Shown here piece by piece: positions 27,324 to 36,050 of a DNA stretch of 64,000 bases (positions are counted from its first letter, which is position 1; each line of letters starts with the position of its first letter). The notes beneath the pieces were generated by a model that was not told where the DNA came from, ran no database searches, and saw only the letters and a list, made by a program, of their open reading frames with translations. Source of the DNA: Bacteroidales bacterium (GTDB lineage Bacteria; Bacteroidota; Bacteroidia; Bacteroidales; UBA10428); the NCBI GenBank assembly GCA_050287785.1, contig JBNKCO010000018.1, forward strand, positions 9,149 through 73,148, given 5' to 3'. The position numbers were made by a program, and so were the translations under genes.

Positions 27324-29099
27324 TTAATTCTGTAGCATTTGACTTATTAGTGAAACACTGAATATGCTTAAAAGAAACCAGCCCAAAAATCCTTCGAGTA
27401 TGGTAATATATCTTGAAACTCCTTTTACAGGTATTGCGCCAAAACCAAGTGTAGAAAAAGCATTAATACTTAGTGTAATAGAATTAAGCGTACGAACAAA
27501 TCCCAGGTAAACCAGGTAAATTATAATTGAAAACACAACAGTAAGACCTACAAATACTTTGCGTGCAGGCTTAAGGTTAATCCAGCGTCCTTGTAGCACT
27601 TCTGTTCTTCGATAAATAAAAGTTGATATTTTATGCTTGATAATTGAAAGCAGGTATAAGGGCTTACCAAGTAGAATAATAAAAAAAGGAATTTCAACCT
27701 TGCTGTCTGCCATTTCTTTTTTATAATCAGCAAAAGTTTTAAAATCCTCTATATAATTCTCGGTATAAAAATCCTCCAATCTTTGCTCCGAGCGGAAATA
27801 TTGCATTATTTTCCGGTGCTGTTTAATCATAAATGTACGATTTATACCGTCCCAATCGCTGTAAAAAAAGAAGTACACAGCAGCGAAAATAAGAATTGTC
27901 CACATTGAAATGATAAGTGATTGTACAGGGTTGGTTCCATATTCTGAAAAATATTTTAGAAATTGGTTAAAACGCCAATTGAACCATTTGTTAATACCTG
28001 GATTCTGTTGGTATAAATGTTGATACCTCCTGGTTTCCATATCTTTCATTTGTTTATAACAGGCGTTGGCAGATTCGATATCGCCCTGGGTTCGGTACAT
28101 CGAAAAAAGCTTTCTATAGGAGCTGTTTAGTTCATTGAAAAGGTAAACATCGGAAAGTAGGGTATCAGTTTTACTGGTATAAGGTTGTGCATAATTCTCA
28201 TACAACCCAAGTCCCACTGAATCTATTTGACTCCAATTAAAAGAAGTATTGTCTTTAGGAAAACTAAATTTATACATACCAATAGGTAGATTAAACTCGC
28301 AGTTGTAAACGGAAAGATTTTCCTTTACTGAACAACTAGTAAATGCCACAACACTATTGGAAAAATCAATCTCTTCAAAGCCAACAACATCATATTTCCC
28401 TCCAACAAAAGATAGTATTGGCATTACTTCAGTTGGTAAGATCTTGCAATTGCTCAAATAAAATGCATTTATTTTTTTTTCATTCTGCTGTATATAGAAT
28501 AGATACTGGTAACTTTTATTTTCAATTTCATATCCTATTTCATAAGGACTTTTTACAGCCTTATTATCTGTATAGAAGGAACAATTACTGAAAGAGAACA
28601 TACTAATTTCTGAATCAATGACGACAGTTCGTTGTAGTATAGAACAATACTCAAATTGCATCACTATTAAATCGGAAGTAAAAAAGTCGATCCCTTGCTC
28701 AAATGTGCAATTATAAAAAATAAGTTGGCCAGCTCCCTCACAATTAGCAAAACTGATATTATTCTGAAAAATAATATTTCTGACTTGACAGGTTTTGTTT
28801 TGTGGTAATTTGCAATTCTGAATTACAATCAATGGGAGTATATTTTTCTTTTTTTCTCTATCTGATGGCTTTGTTCTGGGTTGATCCCAAGAATACAGAG
28901 AATCTTTACTTTCATCAAAATAAATTTCTGTGTTTTCTAACCAATAGAGCTTGTCCTTAGACTCTTCCATTTCCTCAATCCATTCACTAATGGATATTTT
29001 TCTTTTGTAATTGTTCTGAGAAAATAAGTGAGAGGTAAGGGCGATATTAAATAACAGAATTATTAAAAGAATTTTTTTTGCGTTACAAGTTTTATTCAT
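27324..29099 (-). CDS. Ion-channel-like protein: secreted Cys-rich repeat domain + 2TM pore domain with TLGFG filter-like motif
   Basis: Signal peptide. ~370 aa with recurring N-C-x-F/S-C-x-x segments (FANCEGAG, FYNCTFEQG, FEYCSILQ, FSNCSFYT, LSNCKILP, FTSCSVKE, VYNCEFNL). C-terminal TM / pore helix / TM (INAFSTLGFGAIP...ILEGFLGWFLLSIFSVSLI). Confidence 0.6.
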   Translation of the reverse strand: MNKTCNAKKILLIILLFNIALTSHLFSQNNYKRKISISEWIEEMEESKDKLYWLENTEIYFDESKDSLYSWDQPRTKPSDREKKKNILPLIVIQNCKLPQNKTCQVRNIIFQNNISFANCEGAGQLIFYNCTFEQGIDFFTSDLIVMQFEYCSILQRTVVIDSEISMFSFSNCSFYTDNKAVKSPYEIGYEIENKSYQYLFYIQQNEKKINAFYLSNCKILPTEVMPILSFVGGKYDVVGFEEIDFSNSVVAFTSCSVKENLSVYNCEFNLPIGMYKFSFPKDNTSFNWSQIDSVGLGLYENYAQPYTSKTDTLLSDVYLFNELNSSYRKLFSMYRTQGDIESANACYKQMKDMETRRYQHLYQQNPGINKWFNWRFNQFLKYFSEYGTNPVQSLIISMWTILIFAAVYFFFYSDWDGINRTFMIKQHRKIMQYFRSEQRLEDFYTENYIEDFKTFADYKKEMADSKVEIPFFIILLGKPLYLLSIIKHKISTFIYRRTEVLQGRWINLKPARKVFVGLTVVFSIIIYLVYLGFVRTLNSITLSINAFSTLGFGAIPVKGVSRYITILEGFLGWFLLSIFSVSLISQMLQN

Positions 29100-29121
29100 A
29101 TCATCTTTTATTAACTACAAC

Positions 29122-29224
29122 GTCAGTCTGTCTTAAAACTATTCCAACTCGTTGAGATTTCAATATTCGCACCAAATTACGTATAGGTATCCAATTACGC
29201 AAATTGGTTATTAGACAGACTGAC
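29122..29224. repeat. 103-bp element closed by perfect 12-bp inverted repeats, in the channel-gene leader
   Basis: gtcagtctgtct (29122-29133) and agacagactgac (29213-29224). An internal hairpin ccaatt-acgca-aattgg is present. The element ends 22 nt upstream of the ATG at 29099. Confidence 0.45.
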
Positions 29225-29335
29225 ATTTAGTATAAGATTATTTTTAGTTTGCACTAACGTTTTATAACCTTAGCCTGTTTCTCTGTACAACGTTGTGGAG
29301 GAATTGCTTGTAATGGTTTTTACAATCTCAGGTTA

Positions 29336-31093
29336 TTAATTTTGATTCCCTTTATATGATCTAACATATCTAAATCCAACGTAATCATATGATTGATGAT
29401 TATCCAGACCTCTAATGGTTTCAAGCGATTTATAATTTCCACCCCTTACTACTTTTTTACTAGGGTTGACATCTTCCTTAAGATATGTTGTTGCATTTAC
29501 CCACCCATTTCCCAATGAATTTACTGCTTGCATACTTTGCTCGCATGCAGGGTGAATAGTCTTGTATTTGGTAGCATGATATGAAGAATCCAAGTTAGAA
29601 ACATAATCATTTGTGTTCCATTCAGAAACATTATCGAAAATATTATAAATACCCCAATTATTAGGTTTCCCTTTTCCCACTTTTGTTAGTAAAGAAGTTT
29701 CTGGTTGTGTAATATCTTCCGGTTGTAATCCACCAAATGATGCATAAATCCATTCTGACTCTATAGGAATCCTGTATTCATGAATCGGTTCTTTTCCTTG
29801 ATTCCTGCGACGTTCATTTTCATCAAATGTTTTCCAGACACAAAAAAGCTCTGCTTGCTTATAATTAACACCAACTACCGGATAGTACATGTATTTTTCA
29901 CTGGTGAAATAGTTCTCATTAGGAGCCTTGTCAAAATCAGGTAATAGTAATTGATATTCTTCCTTCGAAACCTTATTCTCTATCGATTTCAAATAATCAA
30001 AATATTCTTTAACCGTAACCTCAGTCTCCTTCATCCAGAATGCTTCAATTGAAACATTACTCTTCTGTATTGATTGTCCATCATTTCTCTTCATAACAAA
30101 GCTACCTTGCGGTATAAAAACCATGCCTTCAGGTTGGGTTTCCGCATCTTTTTCATTATTCCCAATACTATTGGCTAGATTTATGTCTGCATTCGAAAAT
30201 GCAACTAAGCCAATAACTATTATCGGAAGTGCAAAAACAAGTTTGTATTTTGCCCACCATTTTGATTTACTTTTTGTCATCATTTTAATTCTGTATTTGA
30301 TTAATGAATAATTAAAAGAATGAGCTAGCTCTATGTGAATATTACTTAAGTACTGTTTTAATAAAAGGGATTGATAATCAATTATATTTTCAGGTTTCTT
30401 TTCAATAAAATACCGATCTGCCAAGCATTCGTGAACTTTAATTAAAGAAGATTTGTAAAGCCAAATAATTGGATTAAACCAGAATAGTATTCTACAAATT
30501 TCAACAAACAAAATATCAATAGAATGTTTCTGTTTTATATGGACTATTTCATGAAGAATAACATTATCTTTTTCTTCGTCAGAAAGATTGCTTTTATTTA
30601 AAAAGATGCAATTGAAGAATGAAAAGGTTGGGTATTCAGTTGGTAAATGAATTAATCTATAGTTTAAATATTTATCCTTATTATTATGCTTATATAGATG
30701 ATAAATATGGAATAGGCTTCGTAGGAATCGATAAAGAAAGTATAATAATCCTAGTATGTATATAATCCCTAGCAGGTTAAACAAAGATAAAAATATATTA
30801 CCCTTAGAAACAAGAATATTTTCAGGAACTAGTCCAAATACCACTTTCTCAAATGTATCCTGGAATATAACATTACTCAAATCTTGAGTTGGCTCGACAA
30901 TAATAATTTGTTCTATATTGACTGGTAAGTTAGGCGAAGATATCTGAGGAATAATAAGAGATATTAATACTGTAAATACCAAATAAATTCTTTTCAGGTA
31001 ATAAAAGGTATCGCCTTTAAATATTATGTAAACCGAATAAAATAATGCAAAACAAATACTTACTTCTAGAAAGTATATTAAGAGAGAGTTCAC
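29336..31093 (-). CDS. BlaR1/MecR1-type M56 peptidase sensor fused to a C-terminal FGE/SUMF1-like domain
   Basis: N-terminal TM helices and the HEXXH motif (VILHEIVHIKQKH). The C-terminal ~280 aa carry FGE-sulfatase-type motifs (MVFIPQGSF, YPVVGVNYKQAELFCVW, YRIPIESEWIYA, NNWGIYNIFDNVSEWN, VVRGGNY, GFRYVRS). The GTG start overlaps the blaI stop by 1 nt. Confidence 0.8.
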   Translation of the reverse strand: MNSLLIYFLEVSICFALFYSVYIIFKGDTFYYLKRIYLVFTVLISLIIPQISSPNLPVNIEQIIIVEPTQDLSNVIFQDTFEKVVFGLVPENILVSKGNIFLSLFNLLGIIYILGLLYFLYRFLRSLFHIYHLYKHNNKDKYLNYRLIHLPTEYPTFSFFNCIFLNKSNLSDEEKDNVILHEIVHIKQKHSIDILFVEICRILFWFNPIIWLYKSSLIKVHECLADRYFIEKKPENIIDYQSLLLKQYLSNIHIELAHSFNYSLIKYRIKMMTKSKSKWWAKYKLVFALPIIVIGLVAFSNADINLANSIGNNEKDAETQPEGMVFIPQGSFVMKRNDGQSIQKSNVSIEAFWMKETEVTVKEYFDYLKSIENKVSKEEYQLLLPDFDKAPNENYFTSEKYMYYPVVGVNYKQAELFCVWKTFDENERRRNQGKEPIHEYRIPIESEWIYASFGGLQPEDITQPETSLLTKVGKGKPNNWGIYNIFDNVSEWNTNDYVSNLDSSYHATKYKTIHPACEQSMQAVNSLGNGWVNATTYLKEDVNPSKKVVRGGNYKSLETIRGLDNHQSYDYVGFRYVRSYKGNQN

Positions 31094-31458
31094 TATTTCT
31101 TATTTTTTAATTCATTTAATAGTTTAATCGCATCATTTATATCCTCGGTTTCCACCTTATTATTTGAGGCAAAGAATGACACAACATCCTTTATTGAACT
31201 GCTAAAATATTTTTCAAATATTGAATTAACATGTTTGTTCGAGTATTCTACTTTAGAAATAACTGGGATGAATTGATGTGCATTGCCATAGGATCTGTGA
31301 ATAACATATCCTTTTTTTTCTAAAATTTTTACAATTGTAGCAATTGTTGTATATGCAGGTTTAGGTTCTTCATAATGTTCAAGCAAGTCCTTCACAAATC
31401 CTTTTTCAATTTTCCAAAGAATCTGCATTACCTGTTCTTCTGATTTTGTTAATTTCAT
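31093..31458 (-). CDS. BlaI/MecI/CopY-family transcriptional repressor
   Basis: 121-aa winged helix (MKLTKSEEQVMQILWKIEKGFVKDLLEHY...AYTTIATIVKILEKKGYV), followed by the BlaR1-like gene. Confidence 0.85.
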   Translation of the reverse strand: MKLTKSEEQVMQILWKIEKGFVKDLLEHYEEPKPAYTTIATIVKILEKKGYVIHRSYGNAHQFIPVISKVEYSNKHVNSIFEKYFSSSIKDVVSFFASNNKVETEDINDAIKLLNELKNKK

Positions 31459-31476
31459 AATTTTTATTTACATCAA

Positions 31477-31524
31477 CAAAACTACTAATTATTTAGTAAT
31501 ATCTACTAATATATTAGTAGATAT
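31477..31524 (-). promoter_or_regulatory. blaI promoter -7 box plus two dyad operators
   Basis: Minus-strand TAGTTTTG (31484-31477) fits TAnnTTTG, 18 nt before the ATG. Dyad TACTAAttatTTAGTA lies at 31483-31498. A perfect 26-bp palindrome ATATCTACTAATATATTAGTAGATAT lies at 31499-31524. Confidence 0.6.
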
Positions 31525-31627
31525 TTTGCAAGCATTTTATATTCCATTGATATTCAACCCATAACACCGCAATCTCTTTTGTATGTTGGCAAAAAATGAA
31601 AGTGAAAGAATGGTCGTGGAACGAGTT

Positions 31628-33061
31628 TCACCTAAACCACAAATACCATATTTGTGTAGTAAAAAAACAAACAATAAAGCCTAATACTATCGGTAAAAAG
31701 GTGGAAACCATTGTCCACTTTATACTCTTTGTTTCCTTAAAAATAGTATATATTGTTGTAGAGCATGGGTTATGCAACAAACTAAAAAGCATTAAATTAA
31801 CTGCTGTAAGCAAGGTCCACCCACCAGCATGCAGGATATTAGCTGTATCGCCTACTGAGTTTAGTTCAAACATGACACCACTCCCCGCTCCCATTTCGTT
31901 CATTCCAGTGCTTAAAACTGTTAACATTAATATTGTTGGAATTACAATTTCGTTAGCCGGTATAGCAATGATATAAGCCAGTAGTATAACCCCATTAAGA
32001 CCAAAAACAAAAGCAAATGGATTGGACCACTGAATAAAGTGTTCTGCAAGGCTAAGCTCTCCAATATTAATATTCGCAACCAACCATATAACTACTCCAG
32101 CTGGAACAGCAAAAATTATAGCACGCCAAAGAACTATAAGAGTTCGGTCAATTAAAGATGTATAGAGTATTTGCCATATTCGCGGTGGACGGTATGGAGG
32201 TAACTCCAGACTAAAAGCTGATGCTTCACCCTGCAAAACAGATTTACTTAACCCCCAAGAAACTACAAGACTAAAAACAATTCCAAGAACCGCTATACCA
32301 ACAACTGCTCCGGCTGAAACAACTCCTGCAATCTGCACTGGCACAAGACTTCCAATAAATATGGTAGCAATAAGTATCTGTGTAGGCCATCGCCCGTTAC
32401 AAAGGGAGAAATTATTCGTTATAATTGCTATTAAACGTTCCCGCGGACTGTCTATTACTCTTGCTGCTATTACTCCTGCAGCATTGCATCCAAACCCCAT
32501 ACTCATGGTTAAGGCCTGTTTTCCGTGCGCACCAGCCTTCCTGAAAAGACTATCCATGTTAAATGCAACCCGGGGTAAATATCCAAAGTCTTCAAGCAAT
32601 GTAAAAAGCGGGAAAAATATTGCCATTGGGGGCAACATCACTGAAATAACCCACGCCATCGAAAGATAAGCTCCGTCAATTAAAACACCATCGAGCCACC
32701 ATGGCATATTTATGGCATGGGCAGCATGTTTTAATATGGGATGTAAATAATCAATTAAAAAGGAGGCAAGTAGTCCTGAAGGATAATTTGCCCCTGCAAT
32801 AGTCAACCAAAACACTAATGCCAACAACAAAAACATTATAGGAAAGCCAAGCCATCTGCTTGTTACAATCTTATCAATTTTCAAATCCATGTTATAAGAT
32901 TCCTTTCCCCCTTTCTGCTTAACTGTTTTTCTGGCAATTTGGGAGGCATTCTCATAAATGGATTCAATGACGGTATCGTGAAAGTTTACACCCAGTTCCC
33001 ACCGGGCTTTATTTGCTTCAGATATTATCTTTTCTCTTTCTTCGTTTATTTTATTTTCCAT
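31628..33061 (-). CDS. feoB: Ferrous iron transporter FeoB, membrane (gate/nucleoside-recognition) portion
   Basis: 477 aa, polytopic, with a FeoB-type pre-TM segment (KIDKIVTSRWLGFPIMFLLL). It is in the same reading frame as the upstream G-domain ORF. Confidence 0.85.
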   Translation of the reverse strand: MENKINEEREKIISEANKARWELGVNFHDTVIESIYENASQIARKTVKQKGGKESYNMDLKIDKIVTSRWLGFPIMFLLLALVFWLTIAGANYPSGLLASFLIDYLHPILKHAAHAINMPWWLDGVLIDGAYLSMAWVISVMLPPMAIFFPLFTLLEDFGYLPRVAFNMDSLFRKAGAHGKQALTMSMGFGCNAAGVIAARVIDSPRERLIAIITNNFSLCNGRWPTQILIATIFIGSLVPVQIAGVVSAGAVVGIAVLGIVFSLVVSWGLSKSVLQGEASAFSLELPPYRPPRIWQILYTSLIDRTLIVLWRAIIFAVPAGVVIWLVANINIGELSLAEHFIQWSNPFAFVFGLNGVILLAYIIAIPANEIVIPTILMLTVLSTGMNEMGAGSGVMFELNSVGDTANILHAGGWTLLTAVNLMLFSLLHNPCSTTIYTIFKETKSIKWTMVSTFLPIVLGFIVCFFTTQIWYLWFR

Positions 33062-33073
33062 TACTTCCGAAAT

Positions 33074-33877
33074 TTAAGATTGAACAGTTGAATCACCAGC
33101 TTTTATACTTCCCAGTTCGCCGGATTGAACTGCTTCAATAATACTATTATCGCCTTCGAGTAAACGCAAGGCCACCCAATTAAGATTGGGGAGTTTTGGA
33201 AATTGTTCAGCAAGTTTTTTCGAAAGTGATGAAATAGCATGATTGAGTTTAGATGAGCTATTTTTAATTTTATATGGCTTACAAACATACCTCCCCGAAG
33301 CTACTTCTTCAATTGCTGCAAGAAGTTCTTTCATACCCTCTTTTTTACGAGCTGATGCAGGTATAACAGGAATACCTAATTCTTTGGACAATGTTCTTTC
33401 ATCGATTTCTAATTGATTACGTTTGGCCTCATCCATTAAATTAAGACATAGCACTGCCCTATCGGTTATTTCCAGTATTTGCAGAACTAAGTTCAAATTG
33501 CGTTCGAGACGTGTAGCGTCAACAACAATTACAGTAACATCGGGCTGACCAAAAAGGATAAAATCTCGTGCCACCTCCTCATCCGTACTCGTTGAGAGCA
33601 GAGAATACGTACCCGGAAGATCTACTACTTTGTAACGTTTTTCATTATAGCTAAAACCACCTTCGGCACGGCTCACTGTCTTTCCCGGCCAGTTGCCAGT
33701 ATGTTGGCGTAATCCGGTAAGGTTATTAAATACAGTACTCTTTCCAGTATTTGGATTGCCTGCCATTGTTATTACATAATCAACCTGATCCATATCTAGT
33801 CCAAGTTTTATTAGATTTTCTGTATTATGGATCGGGCAGTTTTGGCAATTATCTTTGCTATTCATTCGTGTTGTCAT
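33074..33877 (-). CDS. feoB: Ferrous iron transporter FeoB, N-terminal GTPase + helical domain portion
   Basis: G1 [17 protein letters not shown]3 DLPGTYSL, G4 NLMDEA. Ends at a TAA, 4 codons before the in-frame ATG of the membrane portion. Confidence 0.85.
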   Translation of the reverse strand: MTTRMNSKDNCQNCPIHNTENLIKLGLDMDQVDYVITMAGNPNTGKSTVFNNLTGLRQHTGNWPGKTVSRAEGGFSYNEKRYKVVDLPGTYSLLSTSTDEEVARDFILFGQPDVTVIVVDATRLERNLNLVLQILEITDRAVLCLNLMDEAKRNQLEIDERTLSKELGIPVIPASARKKEGMKELLAAIEEVASGRYVCKPYKIKNSSSKLNHAISSLSKKLAEQFPKLPNLNWVALRLLEGDNSIIEAVQSGELGSIKAGDSTVQS

Positions 33878-34910
33878 TTTTTTTGTGGATAAAGATTAAA
33901 TCGGCCTGGGTTTTTCTTATACCTATGGTAGTTCCCATAACCCTGTAACCAACCGGATCACCAGATGGGCTTCTTATTTCAGAGGTAACTAAACTACCTG
34001 GAACAACTCCCAAATCCATTAGTCTCCGTCGTTGTTGTCCCCTGCAATTTGGAGAAATTGCAGCTATCTCAGCTTTATCTCCTGTTTTCAGTGACGACAA
34101 TAACTCAAACTTTGGAGCTACGGGAACCTTTCCTGAAATTTTCTCAACAGTAATTTGCGAAGCAAAAAATGGTGTTAAGTTGCATTCATCGCCATTTGCA
34201 ACAAATGTAATTTTCCCGGCATCAACATCGGTTACATAGACTTGCATACCCGGATATAAACCTTGCACCACAAGCTGTTCATAAACACTTCGTGGTTCAT
34301 CTTCTATATGAATAATACGACCCGTTTCACCCTCCTTCAAATGATTCAGCGATATTCCTTTTTGCTCCGGTAATTCTCCATCAACAGAGGGAATAGGATC
34401 GCCATGTGGATCAAAAACAGGGTTACCCATTAGCGCGGCCAGTTTTTCAGTTTCATCTTGTGAAGCGAAATGCTCTATTCGGTCAGCTTCATTATGCCAA
34501 TCGGCTTGAGCAACACTAGTCTCATCGGCAAGGTATCTTTCCCAAATACGATGTACCCTTATAACCCGAAGTGAATACGATCTTCCGGTATCAGTTAACT
34601 CTATGTTTTGATCGTTGATTGCAATTAATCCCATTGAGAGTAAACGCTCTACTAATTGGCTTGCATTATCATTTGATATATTAAGATTGCCTGCAATACT
34701 GTTCATATTGCATAAATTATTATTGTATTCACAATCGAATAAATACTTCAAGGCATCCTCCAACTGAACCCTTTTGCTATTCTTTTTTATTCTTGTCAAA
34801 TATGCTATCAAGCCCTTTGTTGGCCAAAAGACCCAAGCCAGAATCGCAAGGAATGCAATTCCATAAAATAAGGCTAATCCTGAATTTATATTTAAAATTA
34901 TTGGATTCAT
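33858..34910 (-). CDS. DtxR-family metalloregulator-like protein with N-terminal TM helix and two FeoA/SH3-like domains
   Basis: Hydrophobic N-terminus ([19 protein letters not shown]). DtxR helices ([16 protein letters not shown]...EADRIEH...DPHGDPIP). Then [13 protein letters not shown]...[10 protein letters not shown] and [15 protein letters not shown]...[12 protein letters not shown]. Overlaps the feoB start by 20 nt. Confidence 0.7.
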   Translation of the reverse strand: MNPIILNINSGLALFYGIAFLAILAWVFWPTKGLIAYLTRIKKNSKRVQLEDALKYLFDCEYNNNLCNMNSIAGNLNISNDNASQLVERLLSMGLIAINDQNIELTDTGRSYSLRVIRVHRIWERYLADETSVAQADWHNEADRIEHFASQDETEKLAALMGNPVFDPHGDPIPSVDGELPEQKGISLNHLKEGETGRIIHIEDEPRSVYEQLVVQGLYPGMQVYVTDVDAGKITFVANGDECNLTPFFASQITVEKISGKVPVAPKFELLSSLKTGDKAEIAAISPNCRGQQRRRLMDLGVVPGSLVTSEIRSPSGDPVGYRVMGTTIGIRKTQADLIFIHKKNDNTNE

Positions 34911-34938
34911 ATATTTAATTTTTTAGACATTTTCATAT

Positions 34939-35607
34939 TTAAATTTGCTTAACATATATAATGTTGGCGAAGTCTCTATTAAGAAGAATTTTTTTCTGGT
35001 TTATTAATATCTCGGTCATTTTATTTGATTCATATTGCTTCTCAACCCATATTGTTGAACCTATTGTAATGGAGTTGGATAAACAGAAATCGAAAAACTC
35101 TTCCTCTGAACTATACAATCTACATATTTCATATTTTTGACCAGCAATGGATTCAGATAATACTACCTGTGCTTTATCTTCCTCTATTATTCCATTGAAA
35201 GTAGGAATAGGATCGCCATGAGGGTCTGACAATGGTTTTCCTAAATATTCATCAATTTTATTAGCGAGAAAATCCGAAGTAAGATGCTCTAAGACTTCAG
35301 CTTCCTGATGAATTTCGTGTAAAGATAAATTTAGCGTTTTATATAAAAATGATTCCCATAACCTATGCTTTCTTATAACATTTAAAGCAAGTCTATGACC
35401 TTTAGGAGTTAATGACAATTGTTTATATTTAACATAGTTTACAAGATTCTTCGCTGCCAGTTTTCTGGCCATATCTGTAGCAGCAGCATTTGAGATCCCT
35501 AGCGCACGAGCAACTGAACCAGGTCTTGTATCCCAATCTTCTCCTTGCTTAAATTTATAGATAATCTTAATGAAATTTTCTGTTGAAATCGAAATAACAT
35601 TATTCAT
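34939..35607 (-). CDS. DtxR/MntR-family metal-dependent transcriptional regulator
   Basis: HTH (VARALGISNAATDMARKLAAKNLV), metal/dimerisation helices (RKHRLWESFLYKTL...HQEAEVLEH...DPHGDPIP) and a C-terminal SH3-like domain. Confidence 0.8.
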   Translation of the reverse strand: MNNVISISTENFIKIIYKFKQGEDWDTRPGSVARALGISNAAATDMARKLAAKNLVNYVKYKQLSLTPKGHRLALNVIRKHRLWESFLYKTLNLSLHEIHQEAEVLEHLTSDFLANKIDEYLGKPLSDPHGDPIPTFNGIIEEDKAQVVLSESIAGQKYEICRLYSSEEEFFDFCLSNSITIGSTIWVEKQYESNKMTEILINQKKILLNRDFANIIYVKQI

Positions 35608-35620
35608 TTAGACGATTTTT

Positions 35621-35634
35621 TTAAGTATACTTAA
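35621..35634. promoter_or_regulatory. Perfect 14-bp palindrome just upstream of the dtxR-feo operon
   Basis: TTAAGTATACTTAA, 14 nt upstream of the ATG at 35607. Confidence 0.35.
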
Positions 35635-36050
35635 AACAAGAACAAACCATCTAAAATAAAGTTGCTGAATAACTGAAATATTATTAGAATCCAAATCATT
35701 AAAAGCGACAATAAAGCAAATGTAAAAAAACGAAATGAAGGTAGTTGGATGAACTGGAAGGCTCTTAATTTGGGCAATTCTTCACGATTATATTGTTTTT
35801 ATATGAATTTACAAAACAACAATAGGTAAAAACTTAATTATAATAATTGTGCGAGATAAACAGCACTTGCGCTTAATTTTACAACCAAAGTTAACAAATT
35901 GAAAATACGTTACAATAACCCATTTGTGGCAATACTTGGGCTGGCTTTACATGCTGTTACTACAAACTTTAATCTGGTTTGGATTGTGCGGTTTATGAGT
36001 TGTGATTACAAGTTGGGCCAGCATAATACTTTTGTACATAAGAAATAGTT

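Noticed and set aside
29288-29297. 10-bp palindrome acaacgttgt just downstream of blaR
   Set aside because: It does not resemble the TACTAA dyads upstream of blaI, and it sits 3' of the operon. Short palindromes of this size are expected by chance.
31596-31976. 126-aa + strand ORF
   Set aside because: It is antisense to the well-supported feoB membrane domain. The hydrophobic mirror-frame composition is typical of shadow ORFs.
33061-33074. FeoB split interpreted as a frameshift pseudogene
   Set aside because: Codon bookkeeping shows the two ORFs are in the same frame. The interruption is a single TAA, not a frameshift (see finding).
35640-36050. ~410-bp ORF-free gap upstream of the dtxR-feo operon with a GC-richer stretch near 35930-36025 (GCTGGC/GCCAGC pairing)
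   Set aside because: Only a 6-bp complementarity is present, with no clear structure or coding potential. It is probably promoter/terminator space.
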